Below, piece after piece: positions 18,497 through 27,411 of a stretch of DNA of 64,000 nucleotides. The stretch is from Patescibacteria group bacterium. GTDB lineage: Bacteria > Patescibacteriota > Patescibacteriia > PEXW01. The notes beneath the pieces were generated by a model, which worked only from the letters and a program-made list of their open reading frames with translations, ran no database searches and was not told where the DNA came from. Position 1 is the stretch's first letter; every line of letters starts with the position of its first letter. Both the position numbers and the translations under genes were made by a program. The DNA lies in assembly GCA_041665345.1 (NCBI GenBank), contig JBAYJA010000003.1:39202-103201 (forward strand). Direction: 5' to 3'.

Positions 18497-18526
18497 ACGC
18501 CTGCTCATCTGAGTCAGGCGTTTTTC
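18494..18526 (+). terminator. rho-independent terminator after the small membrane protein pair
   Basis: cgcctgctca tc tgagtcaggcg hairpin (18497-18519) followed by a ttttt run. Confidence 0.6.
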
Positions 18527-18609
18527 TATCGTCCCAACTCCCGCATTTCGTCGATTGTTAAACTCCTTTAAATATGTAATAGTTTATACACATTTACTGC
18601 AATGTTTGT

Positions 18610-19980
18610 ATGAGTGAAATATCACCTGAATTCGAAAATCAAGATGATGTGCAGCCACTTCCTGAGCATGAAGAGGCGCGAAAGGCATGGCCGAATATCC
18701 CCGAAACTTTTCCTGAGGGATTCCCGCCTGGTTACCGTCCGTGGGTAGACGGCTGGGCTTTTTCTTTGGAGAAAATGAAAGAGAAGAATGCTGATGGTAC
18801 CTACAAACTCCTCACCCTGGATTTGAGTATTAGTGAGGAGGAGTACATTGAGCGCGTCAATAGTGGACCGGCGGAATCACTAAGCGAGCGCGCGGAAAAA
18901 GAGTACAAGTGTGATATTCGTTGCAAGCACTGCTTTGAATGCAAAACAGACACCAATAACCCGCTCATGACATTCGACGAGGTGAAGGGCGTGGTCGAGC
19001 GCGCGAAAGCACTGGGGCTCGAAACGGTAAAATTTTTGGGACCCGGCGAACTGCTCCACAACCCAAAGCTTTTTGAGATTCTGGACTACTTCGAACAGGA
19101 GGGTATTACCATTTCTATTTTTACCAAAGGAGTTATCCTGGGTGACGATACATTAGCTGAAAAGAATTTTCACCTGTCCGCAAGCGAGTTGTGCAATAAA
19201 ATTGCATCGTATAGTACCGCGCGATTATTGGTTGGGTTTACCTCTGCTTCTCCTGACGTAGAGCAAGCGCGCATTGGTTCCACCATTCAAGACTTCAGTG
19301 AGAAGCGGAATCGAGGCCTAGAAAATGCAACGGAAGCAGGTATGAACAGTAACCCCCAGTTGCAGCGGATGGCACTCATTTGCGCGCCGGTGCTCCGGGA
19401 TAATATTGACGAGGTCCTTGCTATTTACCAGTGGGGAGCGAAGAGAAATATTCCCACGGTTGTAGCGCCAACTATGGTGAGTGGGAAAGGGCAGGAGCAA
19501 CCGGAAGTGACTGACACTGATTTTAAAGAACGCAGGCTTGTTGATCTGTATGCCAGCATTTACGAATGGATGGTACGTGAGGGCATTATGACGCTTGATG
19601 ACGTGAAACAGGAAAGTGTTTCTCCCTATGCGGGGTATGCATGCAATCAATTCATTAATGGTATGTTCATACGGAAAGACGGACGGGTGCAGGCATGCCC
19701 AGGCAACGAAAGTTACGTTTTCCGATACAGCAACGATATCCGCAAGGAAAATCTTGCTGAGGTGTGGAAGCACAGTGTTGGCTACAAGAAGCGAGAGCAG
19801 CTTGTGGAGAGTGGGAAAATTACCCTCACGCAGCCGTGCTACGCGAAGACCGAGGGCGAGCTTATGCTTGGGAATAAACCTGGCTCTATTCCAAAAGATT
19901 TCTACGAATCAGTTCTCCGCCGACTGGAGGTACGGTTGGGTGCACCGCAACCAGAAGCAAACGAACCATTTGAAGTGTAA
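18610..19980 (+). CDS. radical SAM enzyme with C-terminal SPASM-like Cys-rich domain (peptide/protein-modifying maturase family)
   Basis: CDIRCKHC (CxxxCxxC) at residues about 101-108, then a GPGELL glycine-rich SAM motif. C-terminal cysteines YAGYACNQF...GRVQACPGN...QPCYAK are typical of SPASM/twitch extensions. Lower GC than its neighbours. Confidence 0.75.
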   Translation: MSEISPEFENQDDVQPLPEHEEARKAWPNIPETFPEGFPPGYRPWVDGWAFSLEKMKEKNADGTYKLLTLDLSISEEEYIERVNSGPAESLSERAEKEYKCDIRCKHCFECKTDTNNPLMTFDEVKGVVERAKALGLETVKFLGPGELLHNPKLFEILDYFEQEGITISIFTKGVILGDDTLAEKNFHLSASELCNKIASYSTARLLVGFTSASPDVEQARIGSTIQDFSEKRNRGLENATEAGMNSNPQLQRMALICAPVLRDNIDEVLAIYQWGAKRNIPTVVAPTMVSGKGQEQPEVTDTDFKERRLVDLYASIYEWMVREGIMTLDDVKQESVSPYAGYACNQFINGMFIRKDGRVQACPGNESYVFRYSNDIRKENLAEVWKHSVGYKKREQLVESGKITLTQPCYAKTEGELMLGNKPGSIPKDFYESVLRRLEVRLGAPQPEANEPFEV

Positions 19981-20038
19981 AACGCCTGATGGTTTGTGTA
20001 GCGCCTTCATTCCCACATGGGATCAACCTCAATTTCTT

Positions 20039-20629
20039 ATGGCCTACAAAATTCTGTTCAATAACGAGGAATTCCATTTTCACGAGAATGACCTTCCTTG
20101 CCTGGTGCATTACAGAGAAAAGCAAGGCGGTTCACAATTCACGGTAACGCTGGTTGCTGATTTATTTTTGCGGGGGTCAAAGATACTTTTCCTTACAGCA
20201 TATCCCATGGCCAAGGATAACTTTGTAGAGCAGGTGAAAGGCGAGGAATCAAAAATCGCATTTATCACCAATGAAAGCCAGTTCAATACGAACGCACAGG
20301 TAATTATTCTGGAAAGCGGTAATGAAAAGCTGTTTTTGAAGGCTGTTGAAAAACTCGGCGATCTTCACGAGCGCGTCGTGCTAATAAAAAATATGGAAGT
20401 ATTCAGTGACGCAGTTTTTGATGCTTGTGAAAAACTGCAAAAAAGTATCCTTTCTGGAGATATTGATTCATGTGTGGCAAAAAAACGCATTAGCCACAAG
20501 CTCTATACAACAACAATTACATTTTCTGAGCCAGAAACTTCCTTGCCTTTCAAAACCCCAGTGCTGAAAACATACGTTGGATATCTGAAGACCGCCACCA
20601 AGGAAGGGTTTGTACAATTAGAAATGTAA
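20039..20629 (+). CDS. hypothetical protein downstream of radical SAM gene
   Basis: 196 aa from the first in-frame ATG after the rSAM stop. No SD site and no recognisable domain. The longer ORF 19616..20629 overlaps the rSAM gene out of frame and is not credible upstream of 19980. Confidence 0.35.
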   Translation: MAYKILFNNEEFHFHENDLPCLVHYREKQGGSQFTVTLVADLFLRGSKILFLTAYPMAKDNFVEQVKGEESKIAFITNESQFNTNAQVIILESGNEKLFLKAVEKLGDLHERVVLIKNMEVFSDAVFDACEKLQKSILSGDIDSCVAKKRISHKLYTTTITFSEPETSLPFKTPVLKTYVGYLKTATKEGFVQLEM

Positions 20630-20683
20630 AATTGATCGCCGTTTGTTTATCTCCCCAGTTCCCACATAGAGCCAGCAGCAAAT

Positions 20684-20717
20684 AAAAAAGCAATCGACAG
20701 GAGTTCCATCGATTGCT
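20684..20717 (-). terminator. rho-independent terminator for 20728..21183
   Basis: gcaatcga (20690-20697) / tcgattgc (20709-20716) stem with an A-run upstream on plus, which is a T-run on minus. Confidence 0.55.
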
Positions 20718-20727
20718 GATAGCTGGG

Positions 20728-21183
20728 TTACAGCGACTGGAGATGCTTGACGCAAGCCCCCAGTGGATCGCAGGTTACTTTCAACGGGTAGTTGGCTTTC
20801 TGAGTGGCTTGGGTAAACACCAACCCTATTTGTGCAAAGAGCTCAGTATCGTTTGGTGTGATGTACACGTCGCAAACCTTTCGGCTATTCCAGCGGTAGG
20901 CCGGATCATCGACCGTCAACTGGTAAACGTGCCAATGCACCTTTGGGTCCAAGTCACGGTACGGACAGGGGATAAGTGGCCCACGGTAGTCTTTCAGCAA
21001 TGCGTTGTGCTTGCCATGTTCGCCCACATAGAAGCGCCGAAGGGTAATGACAAGCAGCTGTTTGGGAATGACGGCTGTCACTCCTTCGTAGTAGCGCGTT
21101 TGCCACCCACCCCACTGCATTTCCTGCTGTGCGTCTGCAATAATATTAGTGAGCTCAGCTAGACGTTTAACATCGATTGCCAT
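20728..21183 (-). CDS. hypothetical protein
   Basis: 151-aa ORF with its own terminator. No recognisable domain. Confidence 0.45.
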   Translation of the reverse strand: MAIDVKRLAELTNIIADAQQEMQWGGWQTRYYEGVTAVIPKQLLVITLRRFYVGEHGKHNALLKDYRGPLIPCPYRDLDPKVHWHVYQLTVDDPAYRWNSRKVCDVYITPNDTELFAQIGLVFTQATQKANYPLKVTCDPLGACVKHLQSL

Positions 21184-21355
21184 TCACTATTCTCCTTTGG
21201 GAAAGATCGGTTAATGGATGACTGTATCGTCTACCTTAAAATATGTCAATACTACCCCACCCTCTTTGTGAGGTTATGCTTTTTTCCGTGTGCCCAAACC
21301 CTCACCTCACCCTCCATCTATACCTCCATCCAAACCTAAACCACTCATCCTGCAA

Positions 21356-22411
21356 CTACCGTCCCAACTCCCACATGGGGTCAACTTCAATCTTATCCCA
21401 CGGTGTGCGGTGGCCAGCAGCCAGGCTGAAGGCACCAGCCACGGCGATCATGGCGCCGTTGTCCATGGTGTAGGCAAGCGGAGCTACGTGCAGCGGGGTA
21501 TGCTCGGGCAGCAATGCTTTGCCAAGCGCGCTTCGAAGTGGCGCATTCGCTGCCACGCCACCACCCAGAATGACGCTGGCGGGTTTCCGCGTCTTTACTT
21601 CGCGTACGGTTTTGCCAACCAGCACATCCACAATTGCCTGTTGCACAGACGCGGCCAAGTTCGCGCGCTGCTGCAGAGTGAGTTTCGGGTGGAGCTCCAG
21701 GTACCGGCGCACGGCAGTTTTCAAACCCGCAAAGCTGAATTCCGCGTTCGCCTCATGGAGCATTGGTCTGGGCAGATCGATATTTGGTTTTCCACGCTCG
21801 GCAAGTTTGCTCAGCGCTGGGCCGCCGGGGTATGGGAGTCCCAACATCTTCGCCGTTTTATCAAACGCTTCGCCGGCCGCGTCATCCCGCGTGCAGCCAA
21901 TGAGGCTCACTTTCCCCCACCCGTGGATGCCCTGAGGCAAACGCGTGGCTGTATTTTTGGTTGGTGCAATCCACAAAAGTTCTGTATGCCCACCCGAAAC
22001 CACCAATGCTAAGGCAGGAAGTTTGGGAACAATTGGACCCAGCCACGCACTGGCCACGTGCCCGGCAATGTGGTTTACGCCAATGAGGGTTTTCCCAGTG
22101 GCAAAAGCCAGCGTGCGGGCGGTCTCCACGCCCACGAGTAATGCGGTAGACAAACCTGGTCCAGAGGTGACGGCAATTGCGTCTATAGCAGCTAATGATT
22201 TTCGGGCGCGACGGAGGGCTTCCATCAGTGTGGGCATAATGGTTGCTGCATGCTCACGTGCGGCAACTTCGGGCACCACCCCACCAGTCTTTTGATGCGT
22301 GAGCACTTGGGAGGCGGTGACCATGCTCTGCACGGCAAAGCCGGTTCGCCCCACATCCACCACAGCTATGGAGGTGTCGTCGCAGCTCGTCTCAATTCCA
22401 AGAATATGCAT
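21356..22411 (-). CDS. tsaD: tRNA N6-adenosine threonylcarbamoyltransferase TsaD (Kae1/Gcp)
   Basis: MHILGIETSCDDTSIAVV..., HIAGHV metal site and GGVAAN motif. Start taken at ATG 22411. The upstream extension of the track ORF is unsupported. Confidence 0.9.
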   Translation of the reverse strand: MHILGIETSCDDTSIAVVDVGRTGFAVQSMVTASQVLTHQKTGGVVPEVAAREHAATIMPTLMEALRRARKSLAAIDAIAVTSGPGLSTALLVGVETARTLAFATGKTLIGVNHIAGHVASAWLGPIVPKLPALALVVSGGHTELLWIAPTKNTATRLPQGIHGWGKVSLIGCTRDDAAGEAFDKTAKMLGLPYPGGPALSKLAERGKPNIDLPRPMLHEANAEFSFAGLKTAVRRYLELHPKLTLQQRANLAASVQQAIVDVLVGKTVREVKTRKPASVILGGGVAANAPLRSALGKALLPEHTPLHVAPLAYTMDNGAMIAVAGAFSLAAGHRTPWDKIEVDPMWELGR

Positions 22412-22521
22412 GCTCGTAGCGTAGCATAGGCGTTTCTGCTGCGCACAACTTGACCAAAGGTGAGCAAGCACGTACGCTCTTTTCAGAACATTGTACCTAA
22501 AAAATCCAGGAAGGAGTTTGC

Positions 22522-23064
22522 GTGACCAACATTGCATTGCCCAACAGTATTCCGCCTGTCTTCCGAGCAATAATCCCCCACGTGCGACACCAGGAAGGCC
22601 TGTGCCCCACCTTTGAGTACTTGCTCCTCAAGCGTTCGCCTACTGCTGATCGGGATAAGGATCAGTTTGAATGTCCCGGCGGCGTCGCACAGCCAACGGA
22701 AATGAATCCGCTGCAAACGTATATCCGAGAGACCTTCGAAGAAACCGGCCTGAAGGTTACACGCGTGGTGCAGGAAATTTTTTCGTACGAAGTCCCCTAC
22801 GCCATTGACGGATCCTTTGCCGCCGGCCTGGTACGGAAAGTACATTTTGCAATTGTGGAAGTACTCCCGCCGTTTGTTATTGTCCTGAGTTCGGAGCATG
22901 TGGATAGTGCATGGATGACTATTGATGAGATCCTGCGCACCCCAATGGAACACATTCGCAGGGGTTCTGCGCGGGCAATCATCCTTGCGGATCGATCAGT
23001 GCTCACCCCACGCTTTTTGGCCGCTGAGCAGAAAAAAATGTCCGCAAATCGACTCGCTCTTTAA
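22522..23064 (+). CDS. NUDIX hydrolase
   Basis: Nudix box GGVAQPTEMNPLQTYIRETFEETGL (GX5EX7REUXEEXGU). GTG start with an AGGAAGGAG SD. Confidence 0.8.
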   Translation: MTNIALPNSIPPVFRAIIPHVRHQEGLCPTFEYLLLKRSPTADRDKDQFECPGGVAQPTEMNPLQTYIRETFEETGLKVTRVVQEIFSYEVPYAIDGSFAAGLVRKVHFAIVEVLPPFVIVLSSEHVDSAWMTIDEILRTPMEHIRRGSARAIILADRSVLTPRFLAAEQKKMSANRLAL

Positions 23065-23159
23065 GGCAAACCTACATCAATCCCAATCCACCAAGGATTG
23101 GGATTTTTTTACCCAAGAGTATTTTTTGCATTGACTCCAGATCACCGGCAGAGGTAGGC

Positions 23160-23609
23160 TTGAGCAAGAACACTACTTTCGCGAATGGTAAACATATGAC
23201 CCAGCCATCAATTATCCAAAAAGTCGGCGGCATTATCACCAAGGACAAACGGTTGCTGGTGGTGCGGAAGAAGACCGCGGACAATCGGTCGGAGTTTATT
23301 ATTCCCGGTGGTCGCAAGGAAGGAGATGAGTCGCACCAGGAAACGTTGACGAGGGAACTTATGGAAGAGTTAGGCGTTACCCTGCGTGGCATGCGGCTGT
23401 TTGGGAGTTTTGACGAAACGGCAGTATTTGAAAATATTCCATTGCACATGGATGTGTACTACGCGGAGGTCGAAGGCGAACCTACTCCCCACTCGGAAAT
23501 TAAGGAGTACATGTGGATTGACCGGGCGTATGCTGACCACGGCATTGTGCTGGGGTCGGTATTGGCCAAGCACGTGGTACCGAAATTGGTTGCAGAAGGC
23601 GTGCTGTAG
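23160..23609 (+). CDS. NUDIX hydrolase (second copy)
   Basis: Nudix box GGRKEGDESHQETLTRELMEELGV. The start is uncertain between TTG 23160 and ATG 23196. Confidence 0.75.
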   Translation: MSKNTTFANGKHMTQPSIIQKVGGIITKDKRLLVVRKKTADNRSEFIIPGGRKEGDESHQETLTRELMEELGVTLRGMRLFGSFDETAVFENIPLHMDVYYAEVEGEPTPHSEIKEYMWIDRAYADHGIVLGSVLAKHVVPKLVAEGVL

Positions 23610-23628
23610 GACTGAGACTAAAAATACA

Positions 23629-23653
23629 CGGGAGCCGCTTGGCTCCCGTTTTC
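23629..23653 (+). terminator. rho-independent terminator after NUDIX genes
   Basis: cgggagcc gctt ggctcccg hairpin followed by a tttt run. Confidence 0.65.
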
Positions 23654-23735
23654 TATAGGGAAAGTATAGTACTTACTAGGTTGGGTATTCTTATAAGTGA
23701 CATCAGGGATCGCTATAGTGTAAGACATCTCACCC

Positions 23736-24428
23736 TCACTTTTTTGGGGTGCAGGCGTATACCCTATGTACTGTGAGATCTTTTTCTCCCTCTGCCATGA
23801 GCATTCCCTTTGTATCAACAATTCGTATGCTGTAGCCAAGTCGCTTCGCATGGTTTTCAATTTCGTCCAAACGCGCATACGCACTCGTTCCAATGAGCAC
23901 AACTCCTGATGCTGTAAGAAAAGCTGGTGCTTCCTTCAAGAATTGTTGCAGTGCGTTGTAGTTCTCATCAAAGCCTGATTGCAGAAGAATGTCCGTAACC
24001 GGCGACTCCGCCCGGTTAAAAGGGTGATTCCAGAAAATGAAGTCAAACTTTTCTTCATTCCGGAAGGCAGCAAATAAATTACTTTCCCTTACGTCCATTT
24101 GTACGGCAAATCTCTGAGCATTGAGTAAACAGTTTTGGACAGCGGCTGGATTGATATCGGTGGCAGTTACCGTTGCACCATGTAACGCAGCAAAGACCGC
24201 AACGATGCCCGTTCCAGTCCCAATCTCCAGCAATTTTTGTTTCTGAACAAGTTTTGGGATTACGTTTGCGAAATACGCACTATCTGTAAAGTATTTGGGG
24301 GAAAAAACTTCAGGGAGCACCAAAATCTTTTTTCCAAAAATTTCCACTTCATAAGGCGTGGCGTGCTTCCGCATTTTTGCAAATTGTTGCTCTACTTTTT
24401 TTGACCATTCTGGGTAGTCCATATTCAA
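23736..24428 (-). CDS. SAM-dependent methyltransferase, small-domain (MTS/HemK/RsmC-like) family
   Basis: Motif I LEIGTGTGIVAVFAALHGA, D-I-N at ...TATDINPAAV and the motif IV variant NHPF (NPPY-like). Confidence 0.7.
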   Translation of the reverse strand: MNMDYPEWSKKVEQQFAKMRKHATPYEVEIFGKKILVLPEVFSPKYFTDSAYFANVIPKLVQKQKLLEIGTGTGIVAVFAALHGATVTATDINPAAVQNCLLNAQRFAVQMDVRESNLFAAFRNEEKFDFIFWNHPFNRAESPVTDILLQSGFDENYNALQQFLKEAPAFLTASGVVLIGTSAYARLDEIENHAKRLGYSIRIVDTKGMLMAEGEKDLTVHRVYACTPKK

Positions 24429-24562
24429 AAAGAATAATAATCCAGAGACTGCTCGAAGTTTGAATCTGGTAGCCCTTATAGGAAAAGGCTGGAATCAGCT
24501 TATTGTAAGTCTTGTTAGTTTCAACGAGTTATATAGTGGTCAATTTTCCGAGCAACAGCAGG

Positions 24563-25702
24563 CTACTCTAAATTTGGCACCTGCCCATAATGTGTGAGCC
24601 CATTGTGTAGTAGATTGTATATTTCCATGTCGGGCAAAGGGTGCTTAGTAAAGCGCTCGATAATTGCTACATGCTCTGCTGGGTCAGCCTCTTTATCAGT
24701 TTGGTAGTGAAATGAAAAATTAGTTATATATAAGGCATTCTCGCTTGCGGGATTTTTTTCATCATGTTCGCCCAATTCTTCAACATTGTTTCGGATATCC
24801 ATAAACCAGGGCTTATCGGGGAAATTTAATCCAGGCGTTAAAATGCAGTTAATATCAATAAAGATCATAAATGGCATGTCACCTGGATTTTGCGTCATTG
24901 CGGATTTGATTAACCTACCAACATCTCCACGGATTAACTGCTCTTCATGCATTACTCCAGGTGTATGGATAACACCAGGTCTATGACGACTCTTCGCTTC
25001 TACAGCGACTCTTATTCCTCTCTCTTGATGGGTTGCTATGAACTCGCAATGTCTCGTTTGTGGCTTGCTCCTATCAAGAAACTCAATGGTGAATCCAAGT
25101 TGAGTAAATAAAGACGCGATTGCTACTTCATAGCGTGCGCCCTGGTATTGATTTTGGTCTTTCAATCTATTCAACAAACGTACGGGAAGTTTGGCACGAT
25201 GCTGAAGGCAGTAAATATCAAAAGCTAAAGACAATAGAGACCTGCTCCAACCATCAGGAATTGCGCTCCATTTTTTATTTTCAGAATTTTGAGCAGTAGC
25301 ATTCTTTTGTTTCCATGCTTGGAAATGTATGTAACATTGAGTAATAAAGTGTTGCTGCACAGAAGGTAATTGTAGCTGATCCTTTATCCATGCCCGTCCT
25401 AAAGTAACTGCGAGAATATCTATCAGAAACTCATGAAAAGTTTGTTCTATTGGAAGAGAGTGGAACAATCTTGAACCAACTGCTCTAACTCGTTTACCTT
25501 GAAAAATACTTTGTACGTGTGGGAGAAAGTACCCTTGTGCTTGAAGTCGTGATTGCTCAGCCTGCATGTCAAGAATGTATTTTTTAACAGCCTGAAAATC
25601 CTCAGGAGTCGGAGGATTGTTATCAGCATCATGATGACATTTTTTATACTTCTTCCCACTGCCACAATGGCATGGATCATTCCGACCAATTTTTTTTGTC
25701 AT
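24563..25702 (-). CDS. SEC-C motif protein fused to a PD-(D/E)xK (Mrr/restriction-endonuclease-like) fold domain
   Basis: N-terminal RNDPCHCGSGKKYKKCH SEC-C zinc motif. Later YEVAIASLFTQLGFTIEFLD ... IRVAVEAKSR fits the E / D / ExK nuclease core. Overlaps the upstream gene by 26 nt. Confidence 0.55.
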   Translation of the reverse strand: MTKKIGRNDPCHCGSGKKYKKCHHDADNNPPTPEDFQAVKKYILDMQAEQSRLQAQGYFLPHVQSIFQGKRVRAVGSRLFHSLPIEQTFHEFLIDILAVTLGRAWIKDQLQLPSVQQHFITQCYIHFQAWKQKNATAQNSENKKWSAIPDGWSRSLLSLAFDIYCLQHRAKLPVRLLNRLKDQNQYQGARYEVAIASLFTQLGFTIEFLDRSKPQTRHCEFIATHQERGIRVAVEAKSRHRPGVIHTPGVMHEEQLIRGDVGRLIKSAMTQNPGDMPFMIFIDINCILTPGLNFPDKPWFMDIRNNVEELGEHDEKNPASENALYITNFSFHYQTDKEADPAEHVAIIERFTKHPLPDMEIYNLLHNGLTHYGQVPNLE

Positions 25703-26897
25703 TCGGTACTAATTTAGCACTGTTGTCTACAAGATATTTTTGAAGTGCGGGAGGTAGATCTATGCTTCCTGCATCGTGTAATTTGACCCCCACAATTTGC
25801 TTGAACAATGACATTGCCGATCGAAAAACAAGAAGGGCATCTGCCTTTTCATTTCTGGGTTTACGTGCCCAGAAGTGTAGGTAAGAACGACGAACGCCCT
25901 GGATGTCTGAAAACTTTTTTTGCTGCTCTGGTGGGATACGATTGAATGCCTTTAATACACCTAATCTTCTTTCGTGCATCAACCTCTCAAAAGTCCTCTG
26001 GAAAAGCAAAGCCTCCTCCTCTTCGGTGATCGGATGATTTTTAAAAGTCACACTGCTTGTTTTCCAAAGAAAAATTGCTAACATTTCTCCAACAACACCA
26101 CAAACAGCGATGCAAGAGAGGTAGTCACCCAGGCAAAAGTTTCTCTTTGCAGAAACCAAGGGATCCACAAGGTATTTCGAAATTTCTGGATGAGCGGAGA
26201 CGATACCTTGGTGCGTTTCAATTGTCGTGGCCTCGACATATCGATCAAGTATTTCCACAGTTAAGTCAGTCACTTGCCTTTGAAAAAACTCTCCTAATTG
26301 AAAGGATGTGTGGGTAAACTCATCTTTGATTCCATCTGCAGTTATATCCCCATAAGAAAGATAGTCCTTAATTTGAGTACGTTTGATAATTGGGCCAAAT
26401 ACACCAAACTTAATTACTGCTTTCTTGGGGCCACTTTTGGGCAACAACTCCTTTACTGCGTCCTGAACATCTGTTTCCCAGTTCTCAAAAGAAACAAGAG
26501 CGGGTTGTGTTGGAATAGCATCAAACTCACTTTGTGTAATACCTTCAATTTTTTCCCATGACAAACCTAGAGCATTAAAGGTAAGTGGATTAGGGACGTG
26601 CCTTTTGTGCAATTCTGGGAAAGGGAGAACCGCGAATACGTCAGTAGGATTGCTAATGGATTTAATAAGACGAACATTTTTTATGTCCACTAGGCTCCTA
26701 CCATCTTGCAATATATCCAGCTCTTCTTGAGTCTTTTGTGTAAAGTCATCAACCTTAAGCCCCAATGCATTTCGTGTAATGGAGTCAGGGATTAGGAACC
26801 TTTTCCCGTGGTTGATGATATATTTTCTTCCATCTGGCCCCTGTGCTTTGTCCATAGAATTACGTAGTTGTTTTCCTTTTTCTATATAATTTTGCAC
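25677..26897 (-). CDS. hypothetical 406-aa protein, translationally coupled to the SEC-C/nuclease gene
   Basis: GTG start at 26897, or ATG at 26855. No recognisable domain. Tight overlap with both neighbours. Confidence 0.5.
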   Translation of the reverse strand: MQNYIEKGKQLRNSMDKAQGPDGRKYIINHGKRFLIPDSITRNALGLKVDDFTQKTQEELDILQDGRSLVDIKNVRLIKSISNPTDVFAVLPFPELHKRHVPNPLTFNALGLSWEKIEGITQSEFDAIPTQPALVSFENWETDVQDAVKELLPKSGPKKAVIKFGVFGPIIKRTQIKDYLSYGDITADGIKDEFTHTSFQLGEFFQRQVTDLTVEILDRYVEATTIETHQGIVSAHPEISKYLVDPLVSAKRNFCLGDYLSCIAVCGVVGEMLAIFLWKTSSVTFKNHPITEEEEALLFQRTFERLMHERRLGVLKAFNRIPPEQQKKFSDIQGVRRSYLHFWARKPRNEKADALLVFRSAMSLFKQIVGVKLHDAGSIDLPPALQKYLVDNSAKLVPNDKKNWSE

Positions 26898-27411
26898 GCT
26901 CCAAAATTGGTTCTAGTTCTGCTAGTTTTTCATCTAGTTCTTCAAGGCTTAGACCTTCCAAGAACCCATTGTGCAAGACGGAGGATTTGTACAAGTCGCG
27001 TAATTTGTAAGCCTTATCTAGCCCATTAGCGCGCGCTCGCCAATCAGGGTTATCCAGTAGACCTAAATGAACTTGTAAAAGTTTCTCATCGGGCAAGCTT
27101 TCGGTCATCAACTCCTGCCAACCCTTACTCTTCGTAAGCTCCTGAGGCTTTTCGGCAGATCGGTCACTGTAACCCCCTTGGCGCATAGCAGCAGAGACCG
27201 ATTTTCGGGGATTTTCGGATAAAATACGGGCTACGTTGCGCTGTTTGTGAGTAGGCATATCTAACCTAATTATACCCTCAAAACAGCGTTCTGTGACCAA
27301 CTCTGGACCTATAAACGGGTTTCTAGCTAGCCTTCTTACCCCCGCGATACTTAAAGGCCCTCCTAAAGCCTTTGTCTTCAGCCTCTTCGACAGTAGCGCA
27401 ATAGAACTCAC
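26860..27411 (-). CDS. HTH protein with Terminase_2 (phage terminase small subunit)-like DNA-binding motif
   Basis: ...KSVSAAMRQGGYSDRSAEKPQELTKSKGWQEL resembles the NATQAAIRAGYSEKTA...N motif of Terminase_2. The start is uncertain (GTG 27411 or ATG 27258) and overlaps the Mrr-like gene. Confidence 0.4.
   Translation of the reverse strand: MSSIALLSKRLKTKALGGPLSIAGVRRLARNPFIGPELVTERCFEGIIRLDMPTHKQRNVARILSENPRKSVSAAMRQGGYSDRSAEKPQELTKSKGWQELMTESLPDEKLLQVHLGLLDNPDWRARANGLDKAYKLRDLYKSSVLHNGFLEGLSLEELDEKLAELEPILERAKLYRKRKTTT

Noticed and set aside
19616-20038. 5' extension of ORF 19616..20629 overlapping the radical SAM gene
   Set aside because: It overlaps the rSAM coding region out of frame for 360 nt. 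The downstream protein is more plausibly initiated at or after 20039.
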